From contig CM059425.1 of assembly GCA_030390025.1 (NCBI GenBank), positions 171,556,001 to 171,620,000 of the forward strand: 64,000 nucleotides of DNA. Reading direction: 5' to 3'. Within the stretch, counting starts at the first letter, position 1. Every line of letters starts with the position of its first letter. Shown here one piece after another: positions 36,626-50,272 of the stretch. A program made the position numbers and the translations under genes. This DNA comes from Squalus acanthias. Its lineage: Eukaryota. Under the pieces are notes generated by a model. That model was not told the origin of the DNA, ran no database searches, and was given only the letters and a program-made list of their open reading frames with translations.

Positions 36626-39179
36626 TATTTTGGCAGGAAGAATGAGGAGAGGCAATATAAACTAAATGGTACAATTTTAAAGGGGGTGCAGGACCTGAGG
36701 ATGTACGTACACAAGGCTTTGAAGGTGGCAGGACAAGTTGAGAAGGCTGTTAAAAAGGCATATGGGATCCTTGGTTTTGTAAATAGAGGCATAGAGTACA
36801 AAAGCAAGGAAGTTGTGCTAAACCTTTATAAAACACTAATTAGGCCCTAGCTGGAGTATTGTGGCCAATTCTGGGCACCACACTTTCGGAAGGATGTCAT
36901 GGCCTTGGAGAGGATGTGGAAGAGCTTTACTAGAATGATACCAGGGATGAAAGACTTCAGTTACATGGAGAGACGAAAGAAAGTGGGGTTATTCTCATTA
37001 GAGCAGAGAAGGTTACGGGGAGATTCGATAAAGCTGTTAAAAATCATGAGGAGGCAGAAGGGTTGGTAACCAGATGATACAGATTTAAGGTAATTGGCAA
37101 AAGAACCAGAGACATGAGGATTTTTTTTTTTTTACACAGCGAGTTGTTATGATGTGGAGTGCGCTGCCTGAAAGGATGGTTGAAGCAGGTTGAATAATAA
37201 CTTTCAACAGGGAATTGGATAAATACTTGAAGGGGGAAAATTTGCAGGGCTATGGGGGAAAAGAACAGGGGAGTGGGACTAATTAGAGAGCTCTTTCAAA
37301 ATAGCCAACACAGGCACAATGGGCCCAATGGCCTCTTTCTGTTCTGTATTATTCTATGATTCTAACATACAATTTCCTTAAAGAACTGCTGAGGAAATGG
37401 CACTAATTTAGCATTTCCTGCTATGGGGTGTGAACACCTAAGAGGGGGTATGTGGTGGGTTAATATCGAAGGGGCTGCTCAGGAGAGAAGTTAGTACATA
37501 TTTGTGTTGCTATTTGCAATTTATGTGCCAGTAGTGGCTTCTTGGTAAGCAATGGGTGAGAGCTACCCTGTCAATTAAAAGAAGTGGCAGTGGGGATACA
37601 ACATGCTGGCATTATGTCGTTGTAGTACCAATCCGCATGTGGTACAAATCCCTCCAGTGGACAGATCATCTGAAATAAGTGGCCTGATTCACCGAGAATG
37701 CACTAGTTCTGAGAGGGAGCACCAATGGCACAGCCCCAGTCGAGACATGTCGCAAATTCAGCTTTTATTGACTTCTAGTGATAATGAACATGCTAGGATA
37801 GAGGAGCTACAGCTGATTAAAGTGCTCAGTTGTGTCTCATGCTTTAATCAGCTCTCTGTAACCATTCCAGCGTAAAACATCATGCTGGAACATTCATTAG
37901 AACCACAGTGGATGGATTGATAACCTTTTCAGATCTGTCCGGGTAACCCTTACTTAGCAATCAGTCAATCTGAAATTCTACAATTGGAATTGTTAGGCAA
38001 TTACTGTGAGAGAAAGGCACGTGCAAACACACCTTGCTTCAACAATTTTGCAGTGAATGATTGCTTCTTTCAGAATTGTTCATAACAGCAACTACTCAAC
38101 GCACACAAGTTCTTCATTCCAGAATTCAGAAAACCACAGACACGACTGGAAGATAAAGCACTAAGGATGCTTGTTGGGATGCTCTGCTTTGACACTCGTG
38201 CAAGGACACTACCGTTTGATTGTAGCACTCAGCTGGACTCAGCTATAAACAGATGCAAGAGGCGTAAGCTAAGCAGCTCAGCCTGACCCTCAATCAGAAT
38301 ACTTCAAAAATCTTCTCAGTCACTGATGCCAAATATGGCAATTACAGGACAAACTAGAATTAATATTTCTATTCTGTCTGTTGGATTAGAATGTACAGCA
38401 CTTAGATGAATGGTAGATAAATTATCATTTAGTGAGGGTCAATAAGGTACTCAGAGATAAACCAGTACAATTGGCAGATATGAAGGAGTGCTGTGTTGTC
38501 AACTGCTCCACTGAGTGCACAATTCGACGAAACAATTGAAGGAACTTAATGGTAGAACTGAATCACCTACTCACAGCTCTCAAAGAGAAAGCAATGCTGA
38601 TTTTTTCCTGCACATTGACCATAGAACAGTGCATTTATAGAACATTCTATTTTGTCATTTTTCATAGCCGTCTCACAGTGGCCTTGGCAGCTAAAATCAG
38701 CAGACACCACAGAACATGCATGAATGCTGCGTGTTCGGCAGGTTACAAGGTCCACAGTTACAGGCTTGGTGCTAAGGGCTGCATAATGTTTCTTCTTACC
38801 TGAATTTTTTGTCTCTTTCTTAATCAATTCTGTTCTTTCCTATTTATTATACTTTTATTCCTTTATTTTGTCTGCCCCTTTTCTTCTCTCAATGCTGGTT
38901 TATAGTGCTTTGCAGTTTTTTTTATCCCAACCATTAAACAGCTTTTCCTTTAAACTGCTAATTTGGATTGCAGAGTTAGAGTGGTATTAAAAGCTGCTTT
39001 TATATTGGTGTCACGCCATGTTAGTGCTGCCAGTTTCTGACAAGTGGGTCTCAAGTAGTAGGCGGAAAACCAACGTAAACACGCCAGATCTGCAGTCAGG
39101 AAGAAACGCGCCGCAAAACCAATATTAAAAAGCTAATTTTAATGAATAGAAATGCTAACTTAAATGAGCACAGCAGAAC

Positions 39180-40290
39180 ATATGCTGAAATATAACCTGT
39201 AACTGGGGTCAAGAAGCCAATGAGGTGACAGTGTTAAGTCAAAGTTCAAATCCAAAAGGACCTGGAGGAGCAGATAGCTGGCTACTTCACGGATTAGATG
39301 AATAATTGTGCCAAAAGGGCTTTGGGTATGATCAATGGGATTAAAACCTGTGTGTTCTGGGACCACTTCTGTTCACTGTGTACATCAATGATTTGGATAC
39401 AGGGCTAGAGGAAGTGGTGTCCACATTTGCAGACCATGCTACAATAGAAGGCAGAGTAAGTAACTCTGAAGACTAAAGGGGATACTGATAAGATTGTGGA
39501 ATGCGCAACAAAGTAGCAGATATAATTCAATTTCAGTAAATGTAAGTTGCTACATTTTGGTAAAAAAATAAAAGGAATAATTCTACTTCAAATGGAGGAA
39601 AGCTGGGTGATGTGCAAGAGCAGATAGATTTGGGGATTCAGGTTCACAAGATCTTAAAATCAGCATCTCAAATGGATAAGGTCATGAAAAAAGCTAATGG
39701 AATACTGGGTTTTATGCCAAGAGATATAAAATATAAAAGATATACTGGTGAATCTATATAAAACCTTAGTAAGACCACAGGTGAAGTACTGCGTTCAGTT
39801 TTGGGCTCCACACTATAGGAAGGATGTTGGGACAATAGAAAGGGTACAGTTCAGATTCACCTGATATGACAAAATTCAAATACGAAGAAACACTTAAAAA
39901 ATTGAGACTGTTTTTGTTAGAACAGGATAGATTAAAGGTGATTTGATAAAGGTGTTTAAAATTAGGAAGGGATGGGCCAGAGTGGATAAAAACAGATTGT
40001 TTCCAGTGATGTCTAGAACAAGGGAACATAGACACAAGATTAAATGCAAGAAATTTAGGACAGAGAGCACGAGAAACTTTTTATACATAGAGAGTTGAGG
40101 TTGCGGATTGTACTACGAGAGTTAATGATCAAAGCAGACATATAATAGGTTAAATAGGTGATTGAATGTAAGGGAGATAAAGGGATATGGGATAAAGAGA
40201 TATAGGATAAAGGGCAGGTAGATGGGATTGGACTACTGTTTATGTGAAAGATAAACACCAACATAGACTGATTTTCTGTGTAATTCTCCA
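39180..40290 (+). mobile_element. Old CR1 RT C-terminal region to 3' end
   Basis: Degenerate FAD, LHFG, LVRPQVKYCVQFWAP and GDLIKVFKI motifs with many stops. Confidence 0.75.
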
Positions 40291-41399
40291 TAAACAGTGG
40301 CCAGATGAACCGCCTCCCCCCACCCCGGCCACCTGCCCGCCTCACCCCCATCTCAAGTCATTCTTTTTGAGGCAAATGTCTTGTAAAGTAGTCAGAGCAT
40401 TGGACAGAATTTAACACAATGATTGCGCTTCAATAAAGTAGTTAAAATTTAAGAGATTTTCTTGGATCCAGTGTTGAGGGGTGACTATCAAGTGTAAAAA
40501 TATTTGGATCCTCTGTATGTGTGAACATTGAATGAAGACAGGAGAGCTTGTTTGGGCGTACAGGTTCAGAATAGTCATCTATCCATTTCTGTATCAGAAG
40601 ACTACTGGCGCTCATGGAATTACTATCCAAGAGTCAGAGCATTCAGGAGAGGAGGAGGGAAAACTAGAAAACAAAATACCCCACCAATACTTTCTGAATT
40701 ATAATTTATTGAAACACAAATTTAAAAATTGTTAACTTCCAGTGCAAAATATGACATGTGGCAGATAGATTGACTGCTGTGAGGAATGGTTTCAATTACC
40801 ATATTATTCTTTCAATAGGAAACAATAAGCTACAGCATCTGCCAAGTAATGTTAATTAAATCAGTTGCTTTACATACAACTGTAATCTTTGTGCAAACAA
40901 TGGTAATTTTCCAAAGATTGTTATGAGCACTCAGCTTCTCAATTTGCCTCCCAGTAGTAAGTTATTCTTTAATTGTATCTTATGAAAAGCATCTATAATA
41001 GTTACAGCCACTGTTAAGGACACTAAGGTATAGAGTGTTGCTTGAGTGATTTTGTAACAGAATTTTCCAGATTTTCTCCATTTCAAAAAGACAACATTTG
41101 AATGCACCAAAGGAACAAGGTACTAACTCTATGCACAAGATTTGATTATAAGTGCTTATATTAAATGAGTGACATGAATTATTGACAATAATGGCACATT
41201 CATCAACAGCGCACAGTCTGTTGATCACTAGCTGAGATCTAAGTGATGGAGATTCAGGGTAAATAGAAGAAATTGACTGAAAGGAGTAATGTAATTTTAG
41301 GGTGGGCCGGGTAAAATGCTGAGTGGGGTGCCCACGGGATTTCTAATTCATAACAACTTGGATTCTAAACCTCAATACAAATTGGACAACTTTACATAC

Positions 41400-41745
41400 A
41401 GTTACATTGAGTCTACAGCACAGAAACAGGCCAATCCGCCCAATGGGTCTATGCCAAGGTTTCTGCTCCACTTGAGCCACCTCCCATCCCTCTTCATCTA
41501 ACCATATCAGCATATCCTTCTATTCCTTTCTCCATCATGTGCTTATCTAGCTTCCCCTTAAATGCATCTATGCTATTCGCCTCAACTACTCCTTACGATA
41601 GCACATTCCACATTCTAACCACTCTCTGGGTAAAAAAGATTCTCTTGAATTCCCTTTTGGATTTATTAGTGACTATCTTGTATTTATGACCTCTAGTTTT
41701 GGACACCCTACAAGTCGAAACATTTTCTCTACGTCTACCCTATCA
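41400..41745 (-). mobile_element. CR1 3' end fragment
   Basis: Reverse-complement similarity to 4460-4800. Confidence 0.75.
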
Positions 41746-42349
41746 AGTGTGCAAATGAAAAAGCACAGAAAGAAAATTAAAGCCAAGAGACTGAGAACCA
41801 CAGGGAGGAAGAGATAAAACCAAGAGGGAAAAGAAAATAAGATAATTTTTTTCTCATAGCTTACTTTTCCGATGCACTATTCAATTCTACCTGTAGTCCT
41901 TTGATAATTTTCCTGTATGTGTACATCATGGATCAAAAGACATTAACATTTTAAATGTTTCCCTACTTTTCTTGGTACATTCATACCAGCTTGTATATAG
42001 AGGAATAACACAGCAAAAATCTAACCATGATCTGGAATAAGCATGAGGGATCCAAATTTCTGAATTATGTCCAAAATGTTGATTTTGGAGCTTCTAACTT
42101 GGAACATGAATGGCTGGCATTGCTACTGCTTTCAACTGCCATTTCTCAATTTTTTTTCTTTCTCTGTATATTTGTTTCTCACTGTTTTCTATAATCTCTT
42201 CAATGGCCTATTTGAATACATTTCTTTTGGTTCATTTCTCTTAGCTCTATTTGTCCCTTTTCCTTTCTTCTCTTATTCCCTGATGTCTCCCAGTCCAAGA
42301 GGTTGCAAAGATACAGTGATGGTATGTAGTCTTACAAGGAACAAACCAG

Positions 42350-42764
42350 AAATAACAACAGAAAATGCTGGAAATACTCAGCAGGTCAGGCAGCATCGTG
42401 GAGAGAGAAACAGAGTTAACGTTTCAGGTCGATGACCCTTCATCAGAACTGGAAAAATTTAGAAAAGTAACAGATTTTTAAGCAAGTGTAGGGGCAGGGA
42501 AAGGGGGGAGTGGAGGAAAGAACAAAGGGAAGGTCTGTGATAGGCTGGAAGGCAGGAGAGATTAAAAGACAAAAGGCAAAAGGAGATGGTAATGGGACAA
42601 GTTAAGAAACAAAAGATGACTCTAGATGACGTGTAAATGGCAATGGCAGAATCATCAACAGCTGCCGTGTGAGAAAAAAAAGGGAAAAAAAATATAGGGG
42701 CCGAGGTTATAGTCTGAAATTGTTGAACTCGATGTTGAATCCAGAAGGCTGTAAAGTGCCTGTA
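42350..42764 (-). mobile_element. PLE family B, 3' terminal fragment
   Basis: 14-bp TSD aaggaacaaaccag at 42336-42349 and 42765-42778. The minus strand reads GTLQPSGFNIEFNNFRL*, resembling a PLE GIY-YIG C-terminus, then a pyrimidine-rich UTR and a hammerhead motif. Confidence 0.85.
42414..42450 (-). ncRNA. Minimal hammerhead ribozyme motif (family B)
   Basis: AGTT-CTGATGA-A-GGGTC(ATC)GACCT-GAAA-CG-TT-AACT on the minus strand. Confidence 0.8.
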
Positions 42765-43734
42765 AAGGAACAAACCAGGCTTGAGTCAGGAAGAGTGCCA
42801 ACTCAGGAAAGCTTCCTATTCACTCAAATGCTTTTCTAAAATGCCATGAAGTAAAATTAGAACAATACTGGCAATAGTCTCCAGCATGGTTTTGTTTTTG
42901 TTGTGTTGTGTACATCTTGCAACCAAGTTCTTCTATAAGGATCTAAAACAGAGGCATTGGCATTTGACAACAGTAACATTTCTGATCAGTATTATTATCA
43001 AGAGCGACATCAAAATGGGTCACAATTTTAAAACTAAATTGTCACTCTTAGTGAGTGAAACTTGGCAGATCTGATTCAATATTTTATTTATAATTTTCTT
43101 TGCTGTGAGACTAATTAGTGTGATGACAGGGAACCATTCATATTATAGTGGTGCTGCATTCAGACTGCTCTGTGCATAGAATAGTTTCCTTGGTAATAAT
43201 ATAACATTCCCACCAGGAAGAACATGGTGTTTTCACTGCTCGAAGTGAATACTCAATTTACATTAGAAAAAGAAAACTGCTGTAATACATACACATCAAC
43301 CATCTGTGTTTTGTGTGGCCAGTCAGTGTTTCAACCTGATGTTCGTGTTTTCTGAAGTTGTTGCTAGAAATCAATTGAAATTCAAATGTCCAATGCTCCT
43401 CCAAGGTCAGCCCATGAGCCACCATGGCTCAGTTCTTCTGCACATACACCACAGCCTTGGTGGGGCAGATTAAAACATTTGTTTTCCGAAGGGAAAGTAG
43501 TAACAAGTCATTCCCATGGCTTTGCTAAAAAGCTCTTTTCTCAAAACAAGTAACACGCTGAAGGCCTAACAAATAAGAGCCAAAGAATGCAAACATGCCA
43601 ACCTTTCAAGCATTATACAAAAAAGTCAGCGTTTCAAGCCCAGTGTCTGTGGAGATTTAAACACCCAACATACTGCAGCGGATGCCTGTGAACCCCCGTA
43701 CTTCACTTGTGATACACATCTTGCCAATTTCCAA

Positions 43735-44180
43735 TGAGTCATAGAGTCATAACGGCACAGGAGGCCATTCGGCCCATCGAGTCTGTGCCGGCTCTCTGCA
43801 GAGCAATCCAGTCAGTCCCATTCCCCCGCTCTATCCCTGTAGCCCTGCAAGTTTATTTCCCTCAAGTGCCTATCCAGTCTCCCCTTGAAAACATTGAGTG
43901 TCTCCGCTTCCACCACTTCCGTCGGCAGCGAGTTCCAGGTCCTCACCACTTGCTGCATAAAAAAGTTTTTCCTCACATCCCCCCTGTATCTCTTTACAAA
44001 GCCTTAAATCTGTGTCCCCTAGTCCTTGTACCATCAACTAGTGGGAACAGCCTTTCCCTGTCTAGCCTATCCAAACCCGTCATAATCTTGTACATCTCTA
44101 TCAAATCACCCCTCAACCTCCTTTGCTTTAATGAAAACAAATCTAGCTTCTCCAACCTGTCCTTGTAACTAAGATCCCCC
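43735..44180 (-). mobile_element. CR1 3' end fragment
   Basis: LSYKDRLEKLDLFSLKQRRLRGDLIEMYKIM; tail (gagtcata)2. Confidence 0.85.
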
Positions 44181-45580
44181 AAATGACAACTGCACAGTGG
44201 GACAGACTGAAGGACGGATGGAATTGGACTTCCTCTGCTGCATGGCTGCAGGTAAGGCAAGTGCTACAGTTTAAACATTACATCGTCGTTTGATTTAATG
44301 GCTGGAATTTTTATGTTTGGACCTGCTGGGAGCGGGGGGGGTGCGGTAGTGCACAGGAAATCCAGGCTGTGGAGTTTTCTCCACGGCGTGCGTGTGACCT
44401 CACAGACAGGTTCCCTGCCCGGAGGTCAGCTTGATTGACAGGCTGGCTTCCAGTCGGGCGGGGAACACTGGAGAAGAGGCCAGAACCTCAGGTAGGTGCA
44501 AGCTTCGACCCATATTGGGGGGGAGTGGGGTTGTTCCGATGGTGGGGGAACTTGAGGGACCGGGAAGAAGCACTCCTGCTCCTCCTAGCCCACAAGGATT
44601 GCTCCCCGAGGCTGTAGCTGCCGGGAATCCCAGCCGGCCACAGTTAAACCTGCACAGCATTTAGAATATTTAACATGCCGGCCAAATTCAACTCAATGCA
44701 AATTACAGCAACCTATTAGAAAGGCAACAGTAGTTATATATTTTCAATAACTGCTTATACTTAAGGGACCTAAATTTTTAACTTTTAGTTTAACTTGATA
44801 TTTTAGCAATCATATTTAATTAAATCGCCTGTAACTATAACAGAAATATTAAAAGTAAAGCAATTGTACAGAACCATAGATTTTAAATTACTCATGCTTC
44901 ACATAAGCATTAAAAAAACTTTTAGATGTCTATTGTAGAAAAAAATAATAATTCATTAGCTTTAGTTTTATCAATGCATTTAATATTTAATATTTTGATT
45001 GAAATGTTATTTAATTAATAATTATTTATAATAACAACATACCTATGCAGGAGGATTGGGGAGAGGTGAGGGAGTCTGTTGAAGCTGTTCATCAGCTTTT
45101 TCCATTTACGTTTGCATGTATTATCACTTTAACATCAATTTGGATATTGAACACTATAGTACTGGAGTACTGTAATGTGGTTTGAAAAAGAGTTTTGCCC
45201 AGCTTATTACCATTTTTCACCTGACAGGATCTGTGTAACCCCTGTAATATTGTATTGTTCTCATCTAAACACTGGTCTAATTAGGTCCCACTGAAGTCTT
45301 GAGAAACTAATAAAGCTGTAAAATAAATATTCAAATTACTAGAAATCAACTCACAGCTTTAGAACTTCTTGTGTAAGAGCTTTGTTGGTTTCCATTGCCC
45401 AAGCTGTGTCATGTTGTGTAATGAATAAGGCAGCTGACCATCTCATCCCCTGGGCTTTTCTATTTTCAGGCCAAACTTGAATGTTTTCTTTCAACCTTGT
45501 AAGATTCAATTCAGAAAATGCAAGGGCCCTGCCCACGACTGACCTTCCAGATTCAGCTCTCTAGCACCAATTATACAGAA

Positions 45581-45617
45581 AGTTCTGACGAAGGGTCATC
45601 GACCTGAAACGTTAACT
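45581..45617 (+). ncRNA. Minimal hammerhead ribozyme motif (family B)
   Basis: AGTT-CTGACGA-A-GGGTC(ATC)GACCT-GAAA-CG-TT-AACT. Confidence 0.8.
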
Positions 45618-45679
45618 CTGTTTCTCTCTACACAGATGCTGCCTGACCTGCTGAGTATTTCCAGCATTTTCTGTTTTTA
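45584..45679 (+). mobile_element. 96-bp PLE family B remnant (hammerhead plus 3' tail only)
   Basis: 11-bp TSD atacagaaagt at 45573-45583 and 45680-45690. Near-identical to the reverse complement of about 42355-42450. Confidence 0.88.
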
Positions 45680-47762
45680 ATACAGAAAGTACATTTTTTT
45701 TCTTTGCTTACATTCTCTCAAAGTTCTCCTCGTAGAAAATGTCTTAGCTGACAAGCGCGCTTGATAGCCATCCGCTTCACGGAAACAAAGTCCTGCTCAA
45801 AAAGCTTGAAGCCTATTATAAAAGTAACATACAGTATGCAATATTCTGGAAAACCTCCACCAATTAATAGACCCACTAAATACAGGGATACAACAACCTG
45901 CATTTGGATAGAATTTTGAAGAAGCAGATGGGGAAAGTAGGAGGCCTGGCCCCAAATCAAGATTAGTGCCCACATTTATCATATTAATGCTCCCGTTTAT
46001 CAGATTAATGTCTACGTTTATCTTTCCTTTAGTCCCCATCCTATTGAGTCACACACTCACTGATACTGAAGCATGCATTGAACAGCAGGTCCATGCCGGT
46101 ACTGTAGATGAACACTACACGCCACCCAGTTGCACTGAGAACATACTTCTAACACTTTTTGTTTCCGTAGGTATGGCTGAAGAAGCAGGGGCTAGTGACC
46201 AGGAGTAACAATGCACCTCACAACACATGCTTTCTGAGCATGAAAAATTGTTGCAGTGAATTTTTAATCGCATGGTGGCAAATGTGGAGACTTCTACTGC
46301 CTACCTGGTACTCTGATGCATGGGTTGGAAACTCAGCAGTCAACCTTCAATTATGTGGTAATTCTAGCGACGTCTGGAGAGAAGCCCTAAATGCAAAGGC
46401 CCTAATGCCAGGATTTCGAGCTCTGTTAAATGCTTAGATCGTTGCCATACAGGGAGGCCTTTGACAGGTGCGCTGATTGATTAGAGAGAATGATTGATCG
46501 GGGCCTCGATATTGCCACTGGTGTCATGGGGTTTGCTTGCCCACACAGGCATAGTGACATGGAGTTTGAGAACAGGGGCAGGTATGAATGGGTAATGCAT
46601 GATGGCCCGGTCTGTCCCAGTAACAACACACCCACATCAACACCGTTCCACCACCCCCTTCAATTACTTGTGCCAGAAAATTAGCAATGCAAGTCTGCAT
46701 CTGGAGCTATGGAAATGCTACAGCCCACAGCTGGATTATCTCAGGCCTGTGGCCACAAAGGTGGCTCTCATTTGTATCTATCTAAGCCTTACATAGATAG
46801 ATACACAAGTGCCAGCCACCTCACCAGCTCTAGCCATGGGATTCGCACCAAGAAGCAGCACAAGATTAGGTAGTAAAACAAAACACACAAATTGTTAAAA
46901 ACATGGCGCATCCCTGGTAGCAAGCATGACATTCAGAGACACATCACATTTTCAATAATAAAGCAGGCTGGCACTGAATTTGCACCTGATTCATTGGTAT
47001 GACTGTGAAAAAGACATGCAGTGAAAGGGAGAGTACATGTACGTCATCAGTTACACCCTAGACTGTCGGAAAGTCTGCCATTTGGGAGAATCCTCGGGCA
47101 CTCTCCCGTCCATGGGGAAAGTGATGGAATTATTCATTCTAGAAAACAAGGTAGCAGTCACCTGTTTTACACATCAGTGTACTACAAATTGGCTGATGTT
47201 ACTAATGTCCCCTCTGCTAACCTGGAAACAGCCTGAAAGTAAAAAAAATTCAAAGTTGCTGCGATCTTCAATATCTCTGGCAGCGACTTGCGGCACTGGA
47301 ATTTAGCTGGAGGGTGTCTTGGTGAATCTCCACCTCCACATGCATTGCTCCTCTGTCACGGAGCAATAATTCCGTCATGGCTGGTACAAGTGATTTGCAC
47401 TACAAAGGTGGGTAAGATACCTTTTCCTGCAATGCTTCCTTGGCATTCGCATTTTCCCCCTCATTTTCCAAGTAGCACATGTATTCCGAAGTGGACACCC
47501 ATTAAGCAGAAAGGTATGGCAGGAGCTCAAAACATTAACCCCTAAGCTGCCCTAAAATTTCCTTTCATCCACACGGTGCAGAAAAAAAAGCTGAAAATTA
47601 CAAATGAGCACTGGCAAAAGCTACCATACAAGGCACAGCTTGCAACTCTGAACGCCCAATTTATACGGGGAACATTTCAAAGTGGCGCATATCCAGAATA
47701 AACACTGTAAACGACATGGCAGGCATTAATGTGTCACTTCCATGTCATTTCCATATCATTTG

Positions 47763-48946
47763 TTCATTCTCAGACTGGCAATCAGTAACTAGTGGTGTTC
47801 CGCAGGGGTCAGTGCTGGGTCCCCAACTCTTTACAATCTATATTAACGATTTGGAGGAGGGGACCGAGTGTAACATATCAAAGTTTGCAGATGATACTAA
47901 GATGGGAGGGAAAGTAGTGAGTGAGGAGGACATAAAAAATCTGCAAGGGGACATAGACAGGCTAAGTAAGTGGGCAGAGATTTGGCAGATGGAATACAAT
48001 ACTGGAAAGTGTGAGGTTATGCACTTTGGCAGGAAAAATAGTAGAGCAAGTTATTATCTAAATGGCAAGAAACTGGAAAGTACTGAAGTACAAAGGGATC
48101 TGGGGGTCCTGGTGCACGAAACTCAAAAGGTTAGTATGCAGGTGCAGCAAGTGATTAAGAAGGCCAATGGAATGTTGGCTTTCATTGCTAAGGGGATAGA
48201 ATATAAAAATAGGGAGGTATTGCTTCAATTGTACAAGGTATTGGTGAGACCGCACCTGGAATACTGCATACAGTTTTGGTGTCCATACTTAAGAAAAGAC
48301 ATACTTGCTCTCGAGTCAGTACAAAGAAGGTTCACTCGGTTAATCCCGGGGATGAGGGGATGGACATATGAGGAGAGGTTGCGTAGATTGGGACTCTACT
48401 CATTGGAGTTCAGAAGAATGAGAGGCGATCTTATTGAAACATATAAGATTGTGAAGGGGTTGGATCGGGTGGATGCGGGGAGGATGTTCCCGATGATGGG
48501 TGAAACTAGAACTAGGGGGCATAGTCTTAGAATAAGGGGCTGCTCTTTCAAAACTGAGATGAGAAGGAACTACTTCACTCAGAGGGTGGTAGGTCCATGG
48601 AATATGCTGCCCCAAAAAGCTGTAGAAGCTACATCATTACATAAATTTAAAACAGAAATAGACAGTTTCCTAGAAGTAAAGGGAATTAAGGTTACGGGGA
48701 GCGGGCAGGAATTTGGACATGAGTCTAGGTTCGGATCGGTCATGGCCCTGTGGGTAGCGTAGCGGGCCCAGGGGCCGTGTAGCCTGATCCTGCTCCTATT
48801 TCGTGTGTCCAATTCTGTTAGGTTCAGGAGATGGTTCTGTGATAGTAGATTGGCGGTTAGGATCAGATCAGCCATGATCTTATTGAATGGTGGAGCAGGC
48901 TCGAGGGGCCAATTGGCCTACTTCTGCTCCTATTTCTTATGTTCTT
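47763..48946 (+). mobile_element. Young 5'-truncated CR1 with a duplicated 3' UTR
   Basis: Open frame [23 protein letters not shown]...KFADDTK...EIDSFL. Tail tcttatgttctta. Possible 5-bp TSD atttg. Confidence 0.92.
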
Positions 48947-50272
48947 ATTTGCAGGCTATCCCCTATTTCAGCATGCGCTTCCTGCACCTAGCTGTTTGCC
49001 TGCGAGAAATGTGCATCACATGCAAAAGGGTGGAGAGTTGACATTATAGGTGTCCCTCACTTCCTGTGAACCGGTGAACACCTGAGATGGCCGGGGGCGG
49101 GGGAAACAGGACAATCAGCCTCACTGGTCATTGGTTGTGGTCAGCAATGACAGCGAGGCCTCGCCTGTTGTGGAGGTAGTTACTATATCTCACTGCTGGC
49201 GCTGAGAAAACCTCTGTTTACAACAGAGGAGATTATAAACAGAGACGTAAATGTAAACAGCTTTTAACAGATTATTTGGCATGATTCATTTCATTGAAAG
49301 CATACGCCAACACTTAGTGTAGTTTTACTAACAGAGTCAGCTGCAGATCAGTAGAAATCTGAAAAAATTAGGAACTGTCAGAGCAAATGACCCTCACACA
49401 GATAAGTGCTCCACTCACATATGTAATATCATATTTTACCAATGAAATAGTCCAACAGGGGTACCTTTCTGCAAAGGCTTACTGGAAATTGCATCAGATC
49501 TTTACTGAGTAAGTGAGCAATATTACAACCAGGCAACAGGTGCAGAGTACCGGGGGGGTTTAATTAAAAAATTCAGGCTGCAAATAAAGAGATTATTCTC
49601 CTACTAATGTAATCATCAGTGAGAATTTATTACATCTGCAAGGTTCGGAAAAAACAGCCTATAGCATGAATATTTTACATATTCAAGGCACGTTCATATG
49701 TACTTTAACTGACAGCAGTATTGTGTCACAGCCTCTTCACTCCAGGTCACAGAGGAGACTCTCCATTCACTGACAACTGTCTGTCAAGCTGAAACTGTAA
49801 TACTCAAGGCCTTGCTTCATGTGCAGGTGTAAGGATAGAAAACTACTAATTTTATCAGTAAGGTGGGAGTTCCCAATGTATTGTCTGCAGCTTCAACCTG
49901 CCGTTGTATTTACAATCTCTTCGAATGAACTTCAAATAATATTTTGCTGGAGGCTTGCGTCATGTGTGCGATTGCCAATTATCCACTGTGGGCACTGCCC
50001 TTTTTCAATTTATAACATTAAAGCATCATTTTCATTATGCAGCACAGTGTCAGTATTGGAAACAATTAGTGCATAACAGTATAACAAGCCAGCCCTGCCT
50101 CCAGGAGCAGCAGGATTACCATATAAACAAGGGTCCCGCCTCAAGAGGCAATTTCTTCCCATAACACTGGAGGCAAATTGCCACAGGCCCGAATGGACTA
50201 GACTCCGTGAGTTGCCATCTGGCTCTGGCCCCAGGAGGTATGCACCTGCAGCCCACCCATAAAGTGCAACGA

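Larger units (their letters stand above)
34500..37365 (+). mobile_element. CR1 RT region to 3' end, interrupted by a composite patch at about 35019-36625
   Basis: SQHGFVKGKLCLTN and SKFAD before the patch. FGRKN...LEYCGQFWAPHF and the tail attctatgattcta after it. Confidence 0.85.

Noticed and set aside
47716..48762. 348-aa ORF as a host gene
   Set aside because: It is the RT C-terminus of a truncated CR1 with a chance upstream ATG. The same applies to 51242-52114 and 60027-61136.
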